Of a DNA stretch of 64,000 nt, positions 1 to 14,046 are shown in pieces. Location: assembly GCA_001687465.1 (NCBI GenBank), contig LVLI01000141.1:124001-188000 (forward strand), read 5' to 3'. Below the pieces are notes generated by a model that saw only the letters and a list, made by a program, of their open reading frames with translations, was not told the DNA's origin and did not search any database. The position numbers and the translations under genes are program-made. This stretch comes from Halocafeteria seosinensis (lineage: Eukaryota). Position 1 is the first letter of the stretch; every line of letters begins with the position of its first letter.

Positions 1-3000
1 CGATTTACAAGCTGAACATAAGCTTAACGAGAACATTCATTCTGAAACTGTTGCCAACGCATTGTATGCTGAACACGTTGATCCATCCCAACAATATCCG
101 GCGGATGCGGTAAGAAAAATCAAGAAAGAAGAGCTTGATAGGTGGAATAGTTTAGTTCCACTACATGAGGATTGGACACAATACTCAGCTCAGAATCGAC
201 GGAAGAGCGCCCCCAACGTATTCAATCCAGGGAACCCAAATCCACTGCCTAAGCTTAAGCAAAAGTTCAAGAAAGCAATTCAAAGCAAGAACAATGTTGA
301 GGAAGATTCTTTCTACGAGACGGTTGTAAAGGCTATGCGTAAGAAAGACCGAGAAGCTCCGCACTTCACTACACTGAAGTATTTGCAAACGAAGGATAAA
401 CCAGCTACGGAGGACCCTGAAGCGAAATCAAATAAAATGTCTCCGCGTGAATGCTATTTGAACGTTTGCTACCAAACTGGTTTACCTCCGGAGCCTCTTC
501 TGCTACGAGATAAACTGAACACCGAACTGAACTTTGCCTACTATGGCTTAGGTCGAGAAAGAATCCACGCGCTATCAGCAGCGTTGGCTTCGGGTATGCC
601 GATGATTACTTCTTTGGATATGACCGGAAACAGGATGACGGGAGTAGATGTGGCCGAACTTGTAGCCGGGGTGGCGGTGCTTCCTAATCTTCAACAGCTA
701 AGTTTGGATAATAATGAAATTGGACGGCCAGGAATAAGAGCAATTTGCAACCTGCTGAGGAGTTCCACAATGCTGCAAGAATTACGCATGGAAAAAGGGG
801 AAATCGGTGATAGGTAAGTTACTTAGAATTGTACGTCCCCCTAAGAACCTGTTGCTCCTATTCAGTCTCCACTTGTGTGCACAGAGAAGTAGAAGACGTA
901 TGCAAAGCGTTAGCGGGAAACAGGACTTTACGTACTCTAAAGCTAGGACACAACTCTATCGGGAGCAAAGGAGGCTTGGCGATCGGGAGTATGCTTTGCG
1001 ATAATATGTAAGCTTTGGTATTGCCGTTCTTGTCATGCGCAATCGTTCTGAACTCATGTTGCTTGGCAGGGGATTGCGTTCGTTGGGGCTAGAGTGGAAC
1101 GGAATCAGAGGAGCCGGTGCGAACGCTGTAGCTTCCGCTTTGAGTGAGAACTACAAGCTGAAGGAATTGTACCTCTCATGGAATCACTTTGGGGAAGATG
1201 GGATGGAAGCGCTTTCCTCGGCACTACTGAACAACGAAAGTCTTGAGGTGCTGGACCTTAGCTGCAATTCGGTGAATGGTAGAGCCAGTGTGATGCTAGC
1301 CAGTAGTTTGAGGCGAAACTCAGCGTTGAAGCTCTTGAAATTCAATGAAAACTCCCCGGGACTCCAAGGGATTCAGGCACTGTTCCGCGCGCAACTTCAC
1401 CGCGTTCCGAGGGACCTGAAGGACATCCAGGAGCACGAGGTGGACTTTCCTCCTCCATCCTTGACTTACGATATTCCCCATCCCTCGCTTCCACGGAGAC
1501 CTGCGTTGGACATGGAACTGATCGGTTGTAATATAGATTCTGGTGAGGAGGGTGTCTTTGATGCCCATTGTTCGACTCGAGAATACTTGCTACAATTGGA
1601 CAATCCGTACGACAGAGCCGTACTGGACGAATTACTTACCCTGTACAGGCTCCGCCCTTCCTTCGTTATTGAGGAATTTAAACATAACGGAAAGCGAATT
1701 GAGCTAGGGTTTCGTTATTTGGATGGTACGTGGCCTCACACTCTGCAAAATTTGACTCTGGCATTGGTATACTGACTGCACGTGTGTTTTGCAGCGCCAA
1801 AGTTACGAGAAAAGTATAAAAGTCTAGCAGATGCGAAACGTCAAGAAATTGCACGATGCAAAGCGGACAGAGCAATACATGACAGCGAACTAGACCCTTC
1901 ATCCTTGGAAAGAATATCTGACTTGGAGAAAGAGAGAGTTGTACTCGAAACTGAGTACGATAATGCTTCTAAGTCTATTAGATACGTTACAGTAAAAAAT
2001 GGTGGCACTAAGGAACCGTACGTATGCCCGCAAAGTGGCAGTTGTCACGTTGTCGTACGATTGGAAAACATAGCCACAAGCGACTGGGACAGGGTAAGCT
2101 TCCTCACTAAAATAACCTAAAATGTTGTCAGAATTTAAGTCCGTCTTCGCAGCCCGCTGATGCTGCTCTGGCAACTGTTTGCAATTCTCTTTGGTCGGAA
2201 AGACTCTCCATGGGAGAAAGAAAGAGTTTATTGGCAGCAGTTTCTGCTGAAGTAACACTGAACGCTGAGCAGGCTCACAAGCTGATTGTGGTATGTGAAA
2301 AGAGGATATCGTATGCCCGCACAACTTGTGTACCTGTACATCTCGATTTCAGGCAGCGACAAGGGGAAGTGAGCAGTACTACGGGGACGTCAGCACTGCT
2401 ATTGAAACTGTAATGGAAACTCTCGTGGATATACAAGACTGGCACGAACTGGTGCAAAGGTGTTTCATCTTCAGTCCGAAAAATGTTCTCAAGTTTAAGT
2501 CGGGAAGTGGGGCTCTCCTGACGTGAGTGATATAACTTCCAATTCAATGGCGTGTCTAGCAGGTCATGATCGTTCAATCGCCCTTCAGGTATAATGAGAG
2601 ACACTTAACTGGACACTACAGGCTTAACATGTCTTCCAAATTTGATGCAATAGTGTTAAACCGGCTTCTTCAACGAAACACAGAGCAGCGCGAAGTAAGT
2701 GCATTTCTTATTTTTCGAAAATGCTTGAAAAGAACAGTCGTTTCTTTGCTCTACCAGGAACTCTTTGTGCGCAAAGGAATCGATACTTCGCAATACGGAG
2801 AAGGTAATAACTTCAGGAATGCTTCCATTTCAGGGAGGTTTCAGAGCATCCCAAAGTTTATACGAAACAGGAACAGGTTTCCATTAGGTCAGTGGTTTGC
2901 AGAACTAATCAGCACGTTTGGGTGGCTATGTAACCGTCGGTTTACTACAGGGATTGTCGAATTCGACTATGTTAGTACCTATAGACCTACCCCGGACGAT

Positions 3001-4200
3001 GCGTGCTTCACTTCGGCTGAAGTTAACGTCATTTTGGAAGTAAGATCGAGACAAACAAGTTGCAATTGATTGTGTATCATTGCCCCTTCGTTTACAGGAG
3101 ATATTGACCTCCCTTGGGTTACGAGATATGGTATCCTCCCTCGAAGGGATGGGCTGCCAAGAGCTCCAGAACGTAGTGACCCTAGTGAACATAGTTAAGA
3201 GTCGACGAGAAACATTGAAGGCACGGCTTGGTTCAAACAAAGAGGAAATATCTGAACAAGTTCCCTTCGAGCAGTTGGTACTTGACAAATCTCCTCGCAA
3301 TATGAAGGTCTTGAGTTCGGAGACTTCCTATCAGTCTTACGGGATTGCTCCCCAAGATGCAGTCAACTTTTCCCCATATGCCAAAATCTACGGGCAAAAG
3401 GACCCTGGTAAGTTCGATCTGAACGAAATCGTACACTATGGTGTTACGCTTGCACTTTTTATCCATTTCTCTCGTTGACTGCAGTTTCATTACTGTCGGT
3501 ATCAGAGAAGGAGTGTGTCAATAGTGTGATACGGGAAGCCCTTGAGGTGCTGCGAGGACACCTAGGACGGTTATACTTTACCCAGGAGCAACTGCAAAGA
3601 GTCATAAGCTGCTTCCCGGAATCCCCGTTTCATGCACGAGTCAGGGCAATGGTACTTTTATTCTCCAAAGTGTGGAGTATCAAAGACTTTTGGAGACTGG
3701 TTGGCACTATGCTGCCAGTTGAACGAGCTCGCCAAGACGTGAGTAAACCTAATTAATTGGAGCTACCGCGACGGGAAACGTTAAAGTTTGGGTTTTCAAG
3801 CAGGTTGCCAAAGCATTAGGATACTTAAACATCGTGGACGCAGATGATCTCGACCGAACATTCTTACTCGATCTGTCCATACCCGATGAACGACGGTTCA
3901 TGAAACAGCTAGTTTATGTTGGTGTGGAGGAACCAGGTGAGTTATCGGAAGAGGTTCTGATTAGGTCCAAAGCGGAAAAACAACTCCATTAAGTTTCTGC
4001 TACGTTATCTATTTTCAGGCGAAAACTTCAAAGACCAAAACTTTAACGATATTCCCGGATGGGAGCTACCAAAATCTTGGATAGATGAAGTCCCGAATAA
4101 AGGAAAACTGTCACTGACATATACAACCCAAGGGGAGGGTTGCAAGAAAGTCCCAGCATGTAGAGAGAAAGTGAAAAGCGCTACTCTGCTTTCGATATGA
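1..4200 (+). CDS. Multi-exon RNI-like leucine-rich-repeat protein with large C-terminal region of unknown function (5' end probably outside the window)
   Basis: Reading frame open from position 2. LRR motifs ITSLDMTGN, LQQLSLDNN, LKELYLSWN, LEVLDLSCN. ORF fragments join through canonical GT-AG introns; last exon (GENFKDQ...GWELPKSW...) ends at TGA 4198-4200. Confidence 0.8.
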
Positions 4201-4239
4201 ATGTCCACGAATGAGGCAGATCGTGTAGGCTCAAGCATG

Positions 4240-5553
4240 TTACGCTTGGAATAGCTTCGTGTTTCGATCAAACGCCGACTCCAACAAGTCCCGCTGTTCC
4301 ACGTATGAATTCTTTGAATCTGACTTCTTCAAACGTCTGCACCACCAAATTGATTTCAGACTGAAGCATATACAGACTCAAGCATGCACACGACTTACTC
4401 TATATATTCCTGTATTTGCGACTCTTCAACTGCAGTATGTCTTCCACAAGTTACTAAATTTATCAATCTTTCAGGCATTTCTCGGGGAATTTCATCATCT
4501 TCCGCCAGGATATTTTCAGCCTCAGAAAAAGCACCTTGTTTCATCAGAGCCACAACAAGACCGGTGGACAACAATGGGGATCCGCCAAAGCTTTCTCTTA
4601 GTTCACTAAAAATGCTCCTCGCGGTAGTCGCTGCCTCCTGGCTTTGCGACAAGTACAGCCAGCCCCGCGAGAGCTGTGTCAGTGCGTTTTCGTCATCTAG
4701 TGCAGCCATATCCTTCAAGACTTCTGTGGCCTTATCGAGACGGTCAATAATAAGCAAAATGTGTACCTGCAATGACGCACCTCACGAGGGATTCTCAATT
4801 ATAAAGGAGAGTCACGCGTTGACGTACGGAAATCGCTCGATGCTCCATTGTCTCAAATTTATGCAGTACTTGGAGGGCGTTTGAGTAGTCCTCCTCTCGC
4901 GAGTATATCACTGTACCGAACGATTCGATTCCAAAGTTTAAAGACGTTCGAAGGTTCCTCGAGGAGAGCACTTACTTGCTGCCACGATCTGGAGATACTT
5001 ATTTGTATTGCGGTTCGTGTCAGACATGAACTCTTGCATAGTGCGAAGGGCAGTTTGTTTTCGTTCTCCACCCTTTAGGTACGTAGCGAAAATCCAAATA
5101 GCCTGAAATTTAGACAAACAAAGTATCAAGTACGGAGAAACTAAACTTGTAGACCTAAGAGAATGCATCGTACCTGCATTGCTGGTCGATGTTCCTGCGA
5201 CGGAGGCTGCACTTCCTCCAGAACCATGTCGATTTCACCCATAGCGATATACGCTCGGTAGAGAAAACTGAAGCATTGCAACGACAAACGGATTCGACAT
5301 GACCTGCCACGACACTATCATCATCCCTTATAGCCAAACCCAAACGTACAAGTCGCGTTCCTGTTTCTGCTCGTCGTCTTTAGGCTTGATTTTGGATGCC
5401 TCTTCTTGTACCATCTGCAACCGAGGCATATAGACTAAAATAAGAAACTGTATATATTCCCTCTGTACACAGTGCCACACTTACAGAGTAGTTACCAATG
5501 TAAAAGTAATTCCTCAGGGTATAGAATGCATCGGGTTCAGTCGTAGCCTCCAT
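4240..5553 (-). CDS. COPE: Coatomer subunit epsilon (multi-exon)
   Basis: Spliced translation MEATTEPDAFYTLRNYFYIGNY...RDFFLYRAYIAMG...VHILLIIDRLDKA...DDENALTQLSRGW matches epsilon-COP motifs. ATG at 5553, TAA at 4240-4242. Confidence 0.9.
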
Positions 5554-5838
5554 TGTTTGTTACTTTCCTCGTTAAATATACACCACAAACAAAACAGACG
5601 GGATTCAATGCTCTTCACTAGTTCCTTCTACTACGACTATCATTATCTTGGGCACTAGACTACCAATACCTGCGCCATCAAGGTCAGCCACCCCTTTCCC
5701 AAGTGTGCGAAAAGATTGTTGGCTTTGCAACAAGTGGTAAACGCTTGAGTATAGGACCTTGAGCAACCAGAGTTGTCTTGTATGAGCTACATAATAGGTA
5801 AATTTTGGAATGAGTGAATGCAAAACAGAGCCAATAAA

Positions 5839-7853
5839 ATGGCGGAAATGAACAAGAAGGATCTGAAGCGGATATGCCGCAAACTGGACCTGTACGGCAC
5901 GCCATACCTCAACGAGAAGCTGTATTTGCACTTCAAGGTAAGGCTGGAATGCTCCATGCAGGCTCTAAATAGCGTCGTTTGGACAGGTATTGCTGCCAAG
6001 GAATCGACTCGTAGCTCGGGCTTTTCCCACATTCAGCTTTGGCGCTGTTTTAGGGTTTGATATACTCATTTATGAACTGCTTCCTACAGGGTTATGACAA
6101 AATTCAAAACTTGGAGGAGTATACTGGTGCGTGGAGTCATCGAGAATGTCATAGCGTTCGAACAACTTGGAAGTGTCATTCTGTTTGCTCTTTCGAACTC
6201 AGGTCTCCGCGTGCTATGGCTCGAAGGGAATGCGATCAGCAAAATTGAGGGACTCGAGCACCAGACCGACATGCGGTCATTGTACTTGCACGAAAACTGC
6301 ATCGAGGAGATCGAAAACCTCGAGCATATGGTATGTGATTCTTACCACTGACGCAGCTGGATAGTGTGATGGAATTGAAAATCACAATAAGTTCCTGCAG
6401 AAAGAACTGGTGAACCTGAATCTGTCCAACAACTGCATCAGGAGAATTGAAAACTTATCAGGACTTCCAAAGCTCGAGGTGAGTATATTCATGATTTTGT
6501 CGTGGGAAATTTTCCGTTGCGAACTTTTAATTAGTCAAAATACGTATTACACGAATGGATCTCTCGCAGACTCTTCTCCTCTCACACAACCAAATAAAAG
6601 ACTTGGACGCTTTAGAACACTTGCGCGAGTGTCCCACCATACGTTGTTTGGATCTGCAGGTATGACCTACTGCAAATCGCAAGCAAGTAAACCTACTTCA
6701 GCAGCCATCAAAGTGTAATCGTATTATTATGCAGCATAACAATATTAAGTCTCCCGAAGTCCTGGACATTTTTGAGTCTATGCCGGAGCTTCGTGTGCTG
6801 TATTTGCAAGTACGTACACGCTGCATATTTCTGGATTTACGTCCGTCCGGATGCATGTTATTTCATTTTATGCTTCACAGGGAAATCCATGTGTAAAGCA
6901 CATCAAGCACTACCGCAAAGTCGTTATTTCAAGGCTGAAGAACTTGAAATATCTGGATGATCGACCGGTATTCGATGATGAGAGGCTGCGCTCGGAAGCT
7001 TGGTATGGAGTGTATCAGACAGGTAACGTTGAGCTAGCATGAACAGTAGTTGTTCTGTTGTTCGGGATGAATGACTAGTTAATGGATATCACAGACGGAG
7101 TTAAAGCTGCTGCTCAAGCTGAAAGGGAAGAGGTAGACCGCCAGCAGAAAGAAAAACGAGAGAGGGACGAGAGGAATTTCAAGGGTATGCGTGTAGTTCC
7201 GCCCTCAAGAATGCGCAACAACGTAATTACGACGCGTGTCCTTGCAGCCTTCGAAGAGCTTATTCGAGGATCAAAGGAAAATACGGAGGACACGAATGAT
7301 ACATCCGTGTCCTCAACAGAGAGCAACGAACGTGACCGCGACGCCACTCAGTTGTTTGTCACGGAAGGTCAGTCTAATATCGAGAACGAGGGCACCAGCG
7401 GAGACGAAACTGCTTCTAAAGATAGGAAAGGACTATATGATCAACCGCCATCGGGCGTGAAGTTGCCATTGAAAGGAGGCTACCCGGACATAAACAAAGT
7501 CGCAGTAGATGACAATCCATCCTTCCCGAGGGACGAGGAAAATATTTACCATATGCCAGAACGAGAGAGTCATCGAGAGCACAGGTACGTAGTTCCGTGA
7601 AACCTAGTGCATTTGTTTGTTTACATGTAACGAAGTATTTGTGTGTGGCCTCAGGGAAATACGGCAACAACGATTTTCTAACAAGAAGACCGAAGAGCGG
7701 GAATCCGAAGACCAGAGTTGGGAACGACAGCCACAAGCTGCACGCCCTCCCGTGAACCCACTCACGGAAGAAACATCTTACCAAACAGGAAACGTCGATA
7801 CAGGAACCAGCGAAGTCCCTAATCGAGAGACGAATATAGAGGAGATTGATTAA
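5839..7853 (+). CDS. DNAAF1: Dynein axonemal assembly factor 1 (LRRC50/ODA7), multi-exon
   Basis: [38 protein letters not shown], then SDS22-like LRRs and the LRR cap [13 protein letters not shown]...[20 protein letters not shown], all characteristic of DNAAF1. Confidence 0.92.
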
Positions 7854-8303
7854 TTTAAATTGGGTAATTCCTAATGTCGTGTTTTTCTGCTGCAAAACCA
7901 GATGACAGCATAAGCCAGCATCTGCAGAAAAATATACACTCAGAAGAGCATCTAAGCAGCTGGGATGCGTTCGGTTTTTATTTTACGGCGCTTTTTATCC
8001 TTTTTCTTTTCCTTGCTTCATCCATCAAGCAACGTCCCCGAGGGTATAATGTTTCCGCTTCCTACGGGGATGGGATTTGACGTACGCCAGTCGCCGAGAA
8101 AGCCAGCGAGAGTTAGGTTTGACAGTGTGGTATGAAAATTGCATGCCTAATATTGTGCTTGTTTTGTACAGAAGTACAGTGAAATAATTACCATCTTGCA
8201 ACAGTGTTGGCAGTGCTTATTCATGTGGTAATATCGTACAGACAGTGTGTACAGTACATAGAGAGAAAAGTCTACCTATCTTGGGGTTATTTCAGAGAGG
8301 TTA

Positions 8304-11300
8304 ATGTCTTCTTCCTCAACGGACGTGTTAACATCGACAGCTCAAGATGATCTCATGACAATGAATGGTACCAATGGTGGCACGGCGACAACAGGAGCTG
8401 CAGCCGTGGAAACAAGTGGAAATGGAATCAGGGTTTCAGCGATTGGGGTAGGAAGTCGTATCCCTGAGGTAGAGAACGAAGACGAAGATCTGCTCGGTAT
8501 CAACACGCCTCCGGCGAATATATCTACCGCCGTTCGTACGGCAGGAAATGGAGGAAGTGCTGACGAGAGAGCCGTGCAACGCAGTGCCCGAGACAAATCC
8601 CTCACGCGCCTCAGTCCGCTACGGACGGCGCTGTCGAATGCCGATGACAGCCGTGAGTATTTCACCGCGCTTGAATCGGGCGAATCTGGAGGCTCAATGC
8701 TCGATTCCAACCGAACAGCGAGCCAGCCCCTATCAGTACCGGCAAGGGGAAACCAGAATCAACACGTTTTCTTCGAGCCAAATGGGAACCAAGTTGGGTT
8801 ACAAAACCAGGAGAGTGCTCCAGCTGACAGTGAAGGCATAGGATTGAATAGGAGAGGGCATAGTAGAACTGAAAGGAGTCTTTCGGGTACATTGGATCTC
8901 CAATCTACTCATTTGCGTTCTACGATTACAGCGAAGGAAATGTTTCTCAGTGACCATCCGCCTGCTCGTAGCAACGATGGCCATGTTGCTTACCCGATGT
9001 TTTCCACCGGGATTCATCCTCTAGAGGAGGATTCCAGTGTGCCGCAACGAAAGTCATCCTCGCCGTCTACCGTTTCCACTAGCGCTGACAATATTAAACA
9101 AGTAAATCTAGAAGATGGGTCCCAAAACTGGGGTGACTGGGCAAACTATAAGGGCAGCACGATTCCTCAAAACCAGTACGCGAAGCAGAGGTCTCAATGG
9201 AAACGTTTTCACAGGTCATCGAGAGCGGACATGCAGAAAAAAAGTGCAGGAACTCCTACGGGAGGTCTTTCGTCTCCTCTAGGACGTCATCAGATGAAAT
9301 TTAGTCAATTTCGAAAGGTGCCTTCACTTCAGATGCTACTGAGGACTCGCAGCTTACAACGCAATCTAACAATGCGACACGCCGACCAGACTACCCAAGG
9401 GACGTACTCCTCTGGTAGCTACTTTGACTCTGGGAAGAATTCAGTGAGTTCATTCAGAAATTTCCAGTTGGAGAACGTGGACGCGGAGGAAAATGATCCC
9501 AACCAAACCACTGTGGAGACGCTTAGTCAGTGCTTTCCTGAGATCAAAGCTTTAGAACAATACAGTTGCGTATTGGAATCATATCTTCAGTCATACTCTG
9601 TTTACCGGCATATTTGGACGTGGACATGGACTGTACACTTCTCGAAGGCGTTTCCCGGGCCACCGATGCCATGGTTTCCTATAAAACTGCTGTACTACTG
9701 CAAGGATGAAACTCTGGATCAGTTATGCCGTCTTTGCCGATTTGTGCATGAGGAGGAGGAGGAGGTTAGTGGTGATAGAACTTTACTCTATGGTGCGTCA
9801 ACTTTGGGGAAGTACGAGGTGCTGTCAGGCCGGCCGAAGGCCGAAACACGGGGTGTTCTAGAGCGGATTGTAGGAGTTCTCGCCGAAATCGATAACTTCC
9901 TTGAGGAATCGTCTTCTCAGGAGACAGAGCCCTATTTTGCTTTCGTGCCCTTATCCGCTCCCATACCAGCTGCGCTGGACTTTCTCGCTGCTGCGGCTTT
10001 CCAAGCGTTTGAATATAGCTTTACAGGGGCCGAGCCATTGCCACAACCTAGACATACTGAAGATGCTTTTCTTTTGGTTGATTTTGTGGGTAACAGTTTC
10101 TTATCTTTGGAAGCTGTCAGTCGCGGTCTGGTGGAGTTGTTAGCAACGCGGCTTGTTAATAAATTTATGGAGTGTGCCCATTGTGCGTCTGAAACACTCA
10201 ACGGGGATCCTAGTCAAGAAACTTCCTTCCAAGATGACCTCTCCAGCTTGTTTGAATCTATGTGGGATAACACCGAAGGGGAGTCTCCTGACCGCCCTCT
10301 TCTGTATCGACGCGCTGGTAGGGCGACACAAGAGCACGCTGAAGACAGAAGTGGGTATCAAAGTGAAGGAGACGTGCCAAGAGAGTCTCCTCGTCCCTTA
10401 AAGACCGTTCGCCATAAGCGGAACAAGAGCGGAACTCCCCCTTTGGATGTCCAGCCTACTCAAACCCCCGCATTTTGGTCGCCCAGAAAGCGGCGTCAAG
10501 ATGCGGCATTACATCTAAGAAGGGAAAAAATGACCCATGGGCTTAGGATTTCAAAGTCCCCCGCTGACCATCGGCTGTCAACCTTGAATCGCTTATGGGA
10601 ATGGGTGCATTTGGGAGTAACAGTTCATCCTCATATACTGGGGAACTCAAACGCTGAAAGCCTTCAAGAATTGGCTAGCAGACTTATACCTGAAGCTGAT
10701 GTTGGTCATCAGTTTCCCGCTACTTTGGCTGATATTGATCTTGGAGGAGCAACAGCTCCAGACAAAGTGTGTCTTTTTCGGGGATGGCTTTACAAGGCCA
10801 CGGGCAAACCTGATGCTCAAGCCGTTTGGGAGAGCATTTTGGCTCAGAAGGACGAAAGCATGAACTATGAATGGTATTCCCACTTGAACGAACAGCAACT
10901 GGAAAATCTGGATGCGGTGTTGACGGAAGCGCGGGAGACCATCCAAGCAGACGGATCAACCGCTTTCCTGAGCTGCGAAAGCGATCATTGTGAACGCGTC
11001 AGAAACATATTGCGACGAAAAGGTGTACCGGAACAAGTACTGCCTATTCTGACACCATTAGTTTTTGGGCACGCTCCACCACCTCTGCGCAATTGCTGCG
11101 AGTCATCGTCGTTCGGGGGAGGGAAGGGATTTTCGTCACGGGACACTGCTCCTACTCAATTCGCCATTAGAGAGACGAAAACAGCGGGAGGAGTGACTTG
11201 GAAGCGATGCTACTGTATCTTGCAAGCTGATTCTAGTCAAATTGCCTCACAGCTCTTATCGCGCATTCACTCCGACGCAAAAGAGACCCCCTTCACATCA

Positions 11301-14019
11301 CCGAAGAATCTTGCTAATTTTATGAGAGACTCTGCAATCTACGAATCCAAGCTTGTATACGGAGATACTCCGGAAGAAATTTACTCTGGGAAGTTCTCCA
11401 CCCTGGATCTTACACCACGATCGATAGAAGCAGGCCCAGTGGATTTCTCATTCAACAGGATTGTGAGCCCCCTCGTGCGGGAACGAAAACGACGCAACAG
11501 CGCCGCGGAGACCGCAAAGGGGATGAAAGACGCTCTTGGTAGCCTCCTCAGTTCACAAATATTGGGGTCGACAGAAGCCTCTGCGTCAACGTGCGAGAAG
11601 ACGTCGGAATGTGAAAACGGAGATACCCTCCTCTCATGGATGATGAAAGCTGATCCGTGCAACGATTGGGGATGTGTGTTTTCTGTTGGTGCGGAAGGAC
11701 GACCACGGTCACGTCGCTATTTCATGGCTCCTAATGAGATCATGCGGGCAATGTGGCTTGAGTCCCTGTATCGGTCAACGGGGAATGGTCTCCGGAACGT
11801 TGAGAGTACATCACAAGCCATGCTATCCTTCCAGCGATACTCCGACGCCGTGGCTACAGGGGTCGAAGTTGCTTGCGACTCCATGAAACAACAGTCATCA
11901 GGCAACCGAGCGACGTTGATGCCTTGTAGAGCGAGCACTGTCAGAGAACTGGGACTGAAACTCCTCTTTCTGTGCGCCAAGCAACGGTTGAATATAGCCT
12001 ATAGCGAAACCATTAGACAAACAACCGAGGTATGTACGAAGTTCGACAAGACATTAACGAGGTTGCTAAGGCACATGCGAAACGGAAAGCAAGTACGTCT
12101 CAGAGGTTCCAGTCGTCCATGGGGCGTGGAGTACCCTGGAGTGGAGGTATCTCGGGCATCATTTGGGATACTGGGAGGAGTTCTTGCTGATTCGCTAACA
12201 GACCTAGCAGCAGTATGTCACTACCAAGAGTGGTTTGCACACAGTCATCCCCCAACTATCTTGCGGTCACTGGCATTCAGCTCTGTTACGCAAGTGCACA
12301 GTATTTGGTTGGAGCATGAGAGGAATTTTCCTTATGGATCTTACTTTGCGGGACCCCACAGCAGCAGTCCAGAAGAAAAACCGTCAACACCCGAAGTCGA
12401 CGGCAACGTACAAAAGATTGAAGAGGAAGAATTGAGGAAGATTTGGTACAACATACTTTGCAGTTCGAGTCGTTTACAGCGAGAGTCCGCCCCAACTAAC
12501 TCAACTGTGGAATCCAGCCGAATAACGAGGTTGATATCGAGTTGGTTAAGTATTTCCTTCGCCGCAACTCTTCATTTTAATTCTAGAAAGACAGGACCTC
12601 TAGAGAGTATAATATCCCAACTACGCAGTGGACAGGTAGCCGAACTCCACCAGCAGGTATATAAGCTTGTTTTTTCCCCTATGCCAATTGAGCCAATTTC
12701 TCCCGGCGATAAATGCAATACTGAGTCGCTTTCCTTCCCATTCGAATGTAGTCAAGATACCAGCCTTGTTCAGATTGTGAAAGACCTCCAGCGAGACAGT
12801 GTGCGGCTTGACGGGCGGTTGCTGAAGGGTACGTCTCCGTCGGCTGCTGAGCAAATAACAAGGCCAGAGCATCTACTGGCACTTCTCAGCTCTAGAGTTT
12901 GGGATGTTTCGCAAAGGAGGAAAATATTATTCCAAGAAGCTAACTCTGTAGGATTCGTTCGACGGTTATTTCAAGAGTGTTCCCGGACGGTCGTGAGTGG
13001 CGATGCGTACGATGCTGCCTGCAGATTCTTTACGCAAGGGCAAGACATCGTCCTTGTACCAGCGTCGGCTGATGCAGAGCCTCTTAGTTTTGACGTGATA
13101 GATCCCTATGAAGAGGCGAGCATTCTACAGGAGGCGGAACAATCTTTGTCAGATGAAACATGTGCCTTGGTCGCCGCACAAGCGCACTGGTGGCATGAAC
13201 GAGGGTTTCGCCCTGCATGCGCCAACCGCATTCGAAGACGAGATCTCCGAGATTTGGTTCCGCCGTTCCACAATGTAACTGATATATTTCGTAACAACCC
13301 TGCCATGAGGGAAAAGCTCAGTCAACATCGTAGACGCAGAATACTTTGGGCTGACCAGTATATGTTCTCGCAGAGTCGTACAACCGGAGCAGGATGCAAC
13401 AGCTGGTGGAAATCGATTAGCGAGGAAACTCATGGGCTGCTTGTGGTTTTCCAGTGCTTTTCCACGTTTCGCATGATTGATACCAATGTAAGCACTCTTT
13501 TTTGTATAGTGTTACAGCTTAGTTATTGGCTTTATACTTGTGGCGAAGCAGGATGAAAAGGGAGATGCTTGTGATACGGTGGTGGTCAGAACCACGAAAA
13601 AATTCTTCCCGGGCGCGCATGGTGAGCTGCTGCTGTTCTCCCCACCGGAGTTATCCATGATCCATGTATCATCCAACTCTGTTGAAGGTATGCTGAAAAT
13701 GAATTCTGAAGTACCACATTATGACTTCCTTGTCTGTGGAACGTCCGCAGAGGCTCTATTCCTGGCCGAGCACGAATTCTCAATTAGAGATGGGTCGGTC
13801 AAGATGTGGATGCCACCTCCTACAAGTGCACAGATGACAATGTTTTCTAAACTGAAACGTGTCACTCATGAAGGGGATCCAGCAGTGTCGCAGCAGCTCA
13901 GCGAGGGAGAGGCGACCCAACAGAGCGATGACGAAGGCGAGGAATGCCTCGAGGAGGAGGGTACTTTTAGTCCAATGTCATTCAGGGGAAGGCTGTTTTC
14001 AGCAGAAAGGAAGTCTTAA
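8304..14019 (+). CDS. Large (~1,883 aa) uncharacterised protein with a putative split PH domain
   Basis: 1,750-aa ORF joined to ORF 13540-14019 by a GT-AG intron at 13488-13551. PH-like pieces RGWLYKATG, WKRCYCIL, RYFMAPNEIMRAMWLESL. Disordered S/T-rich N-terminus. Confidence 0.7.
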
Positions 14020-14046
14020 GCATAGAACTACAGTTATTATGTGTAT

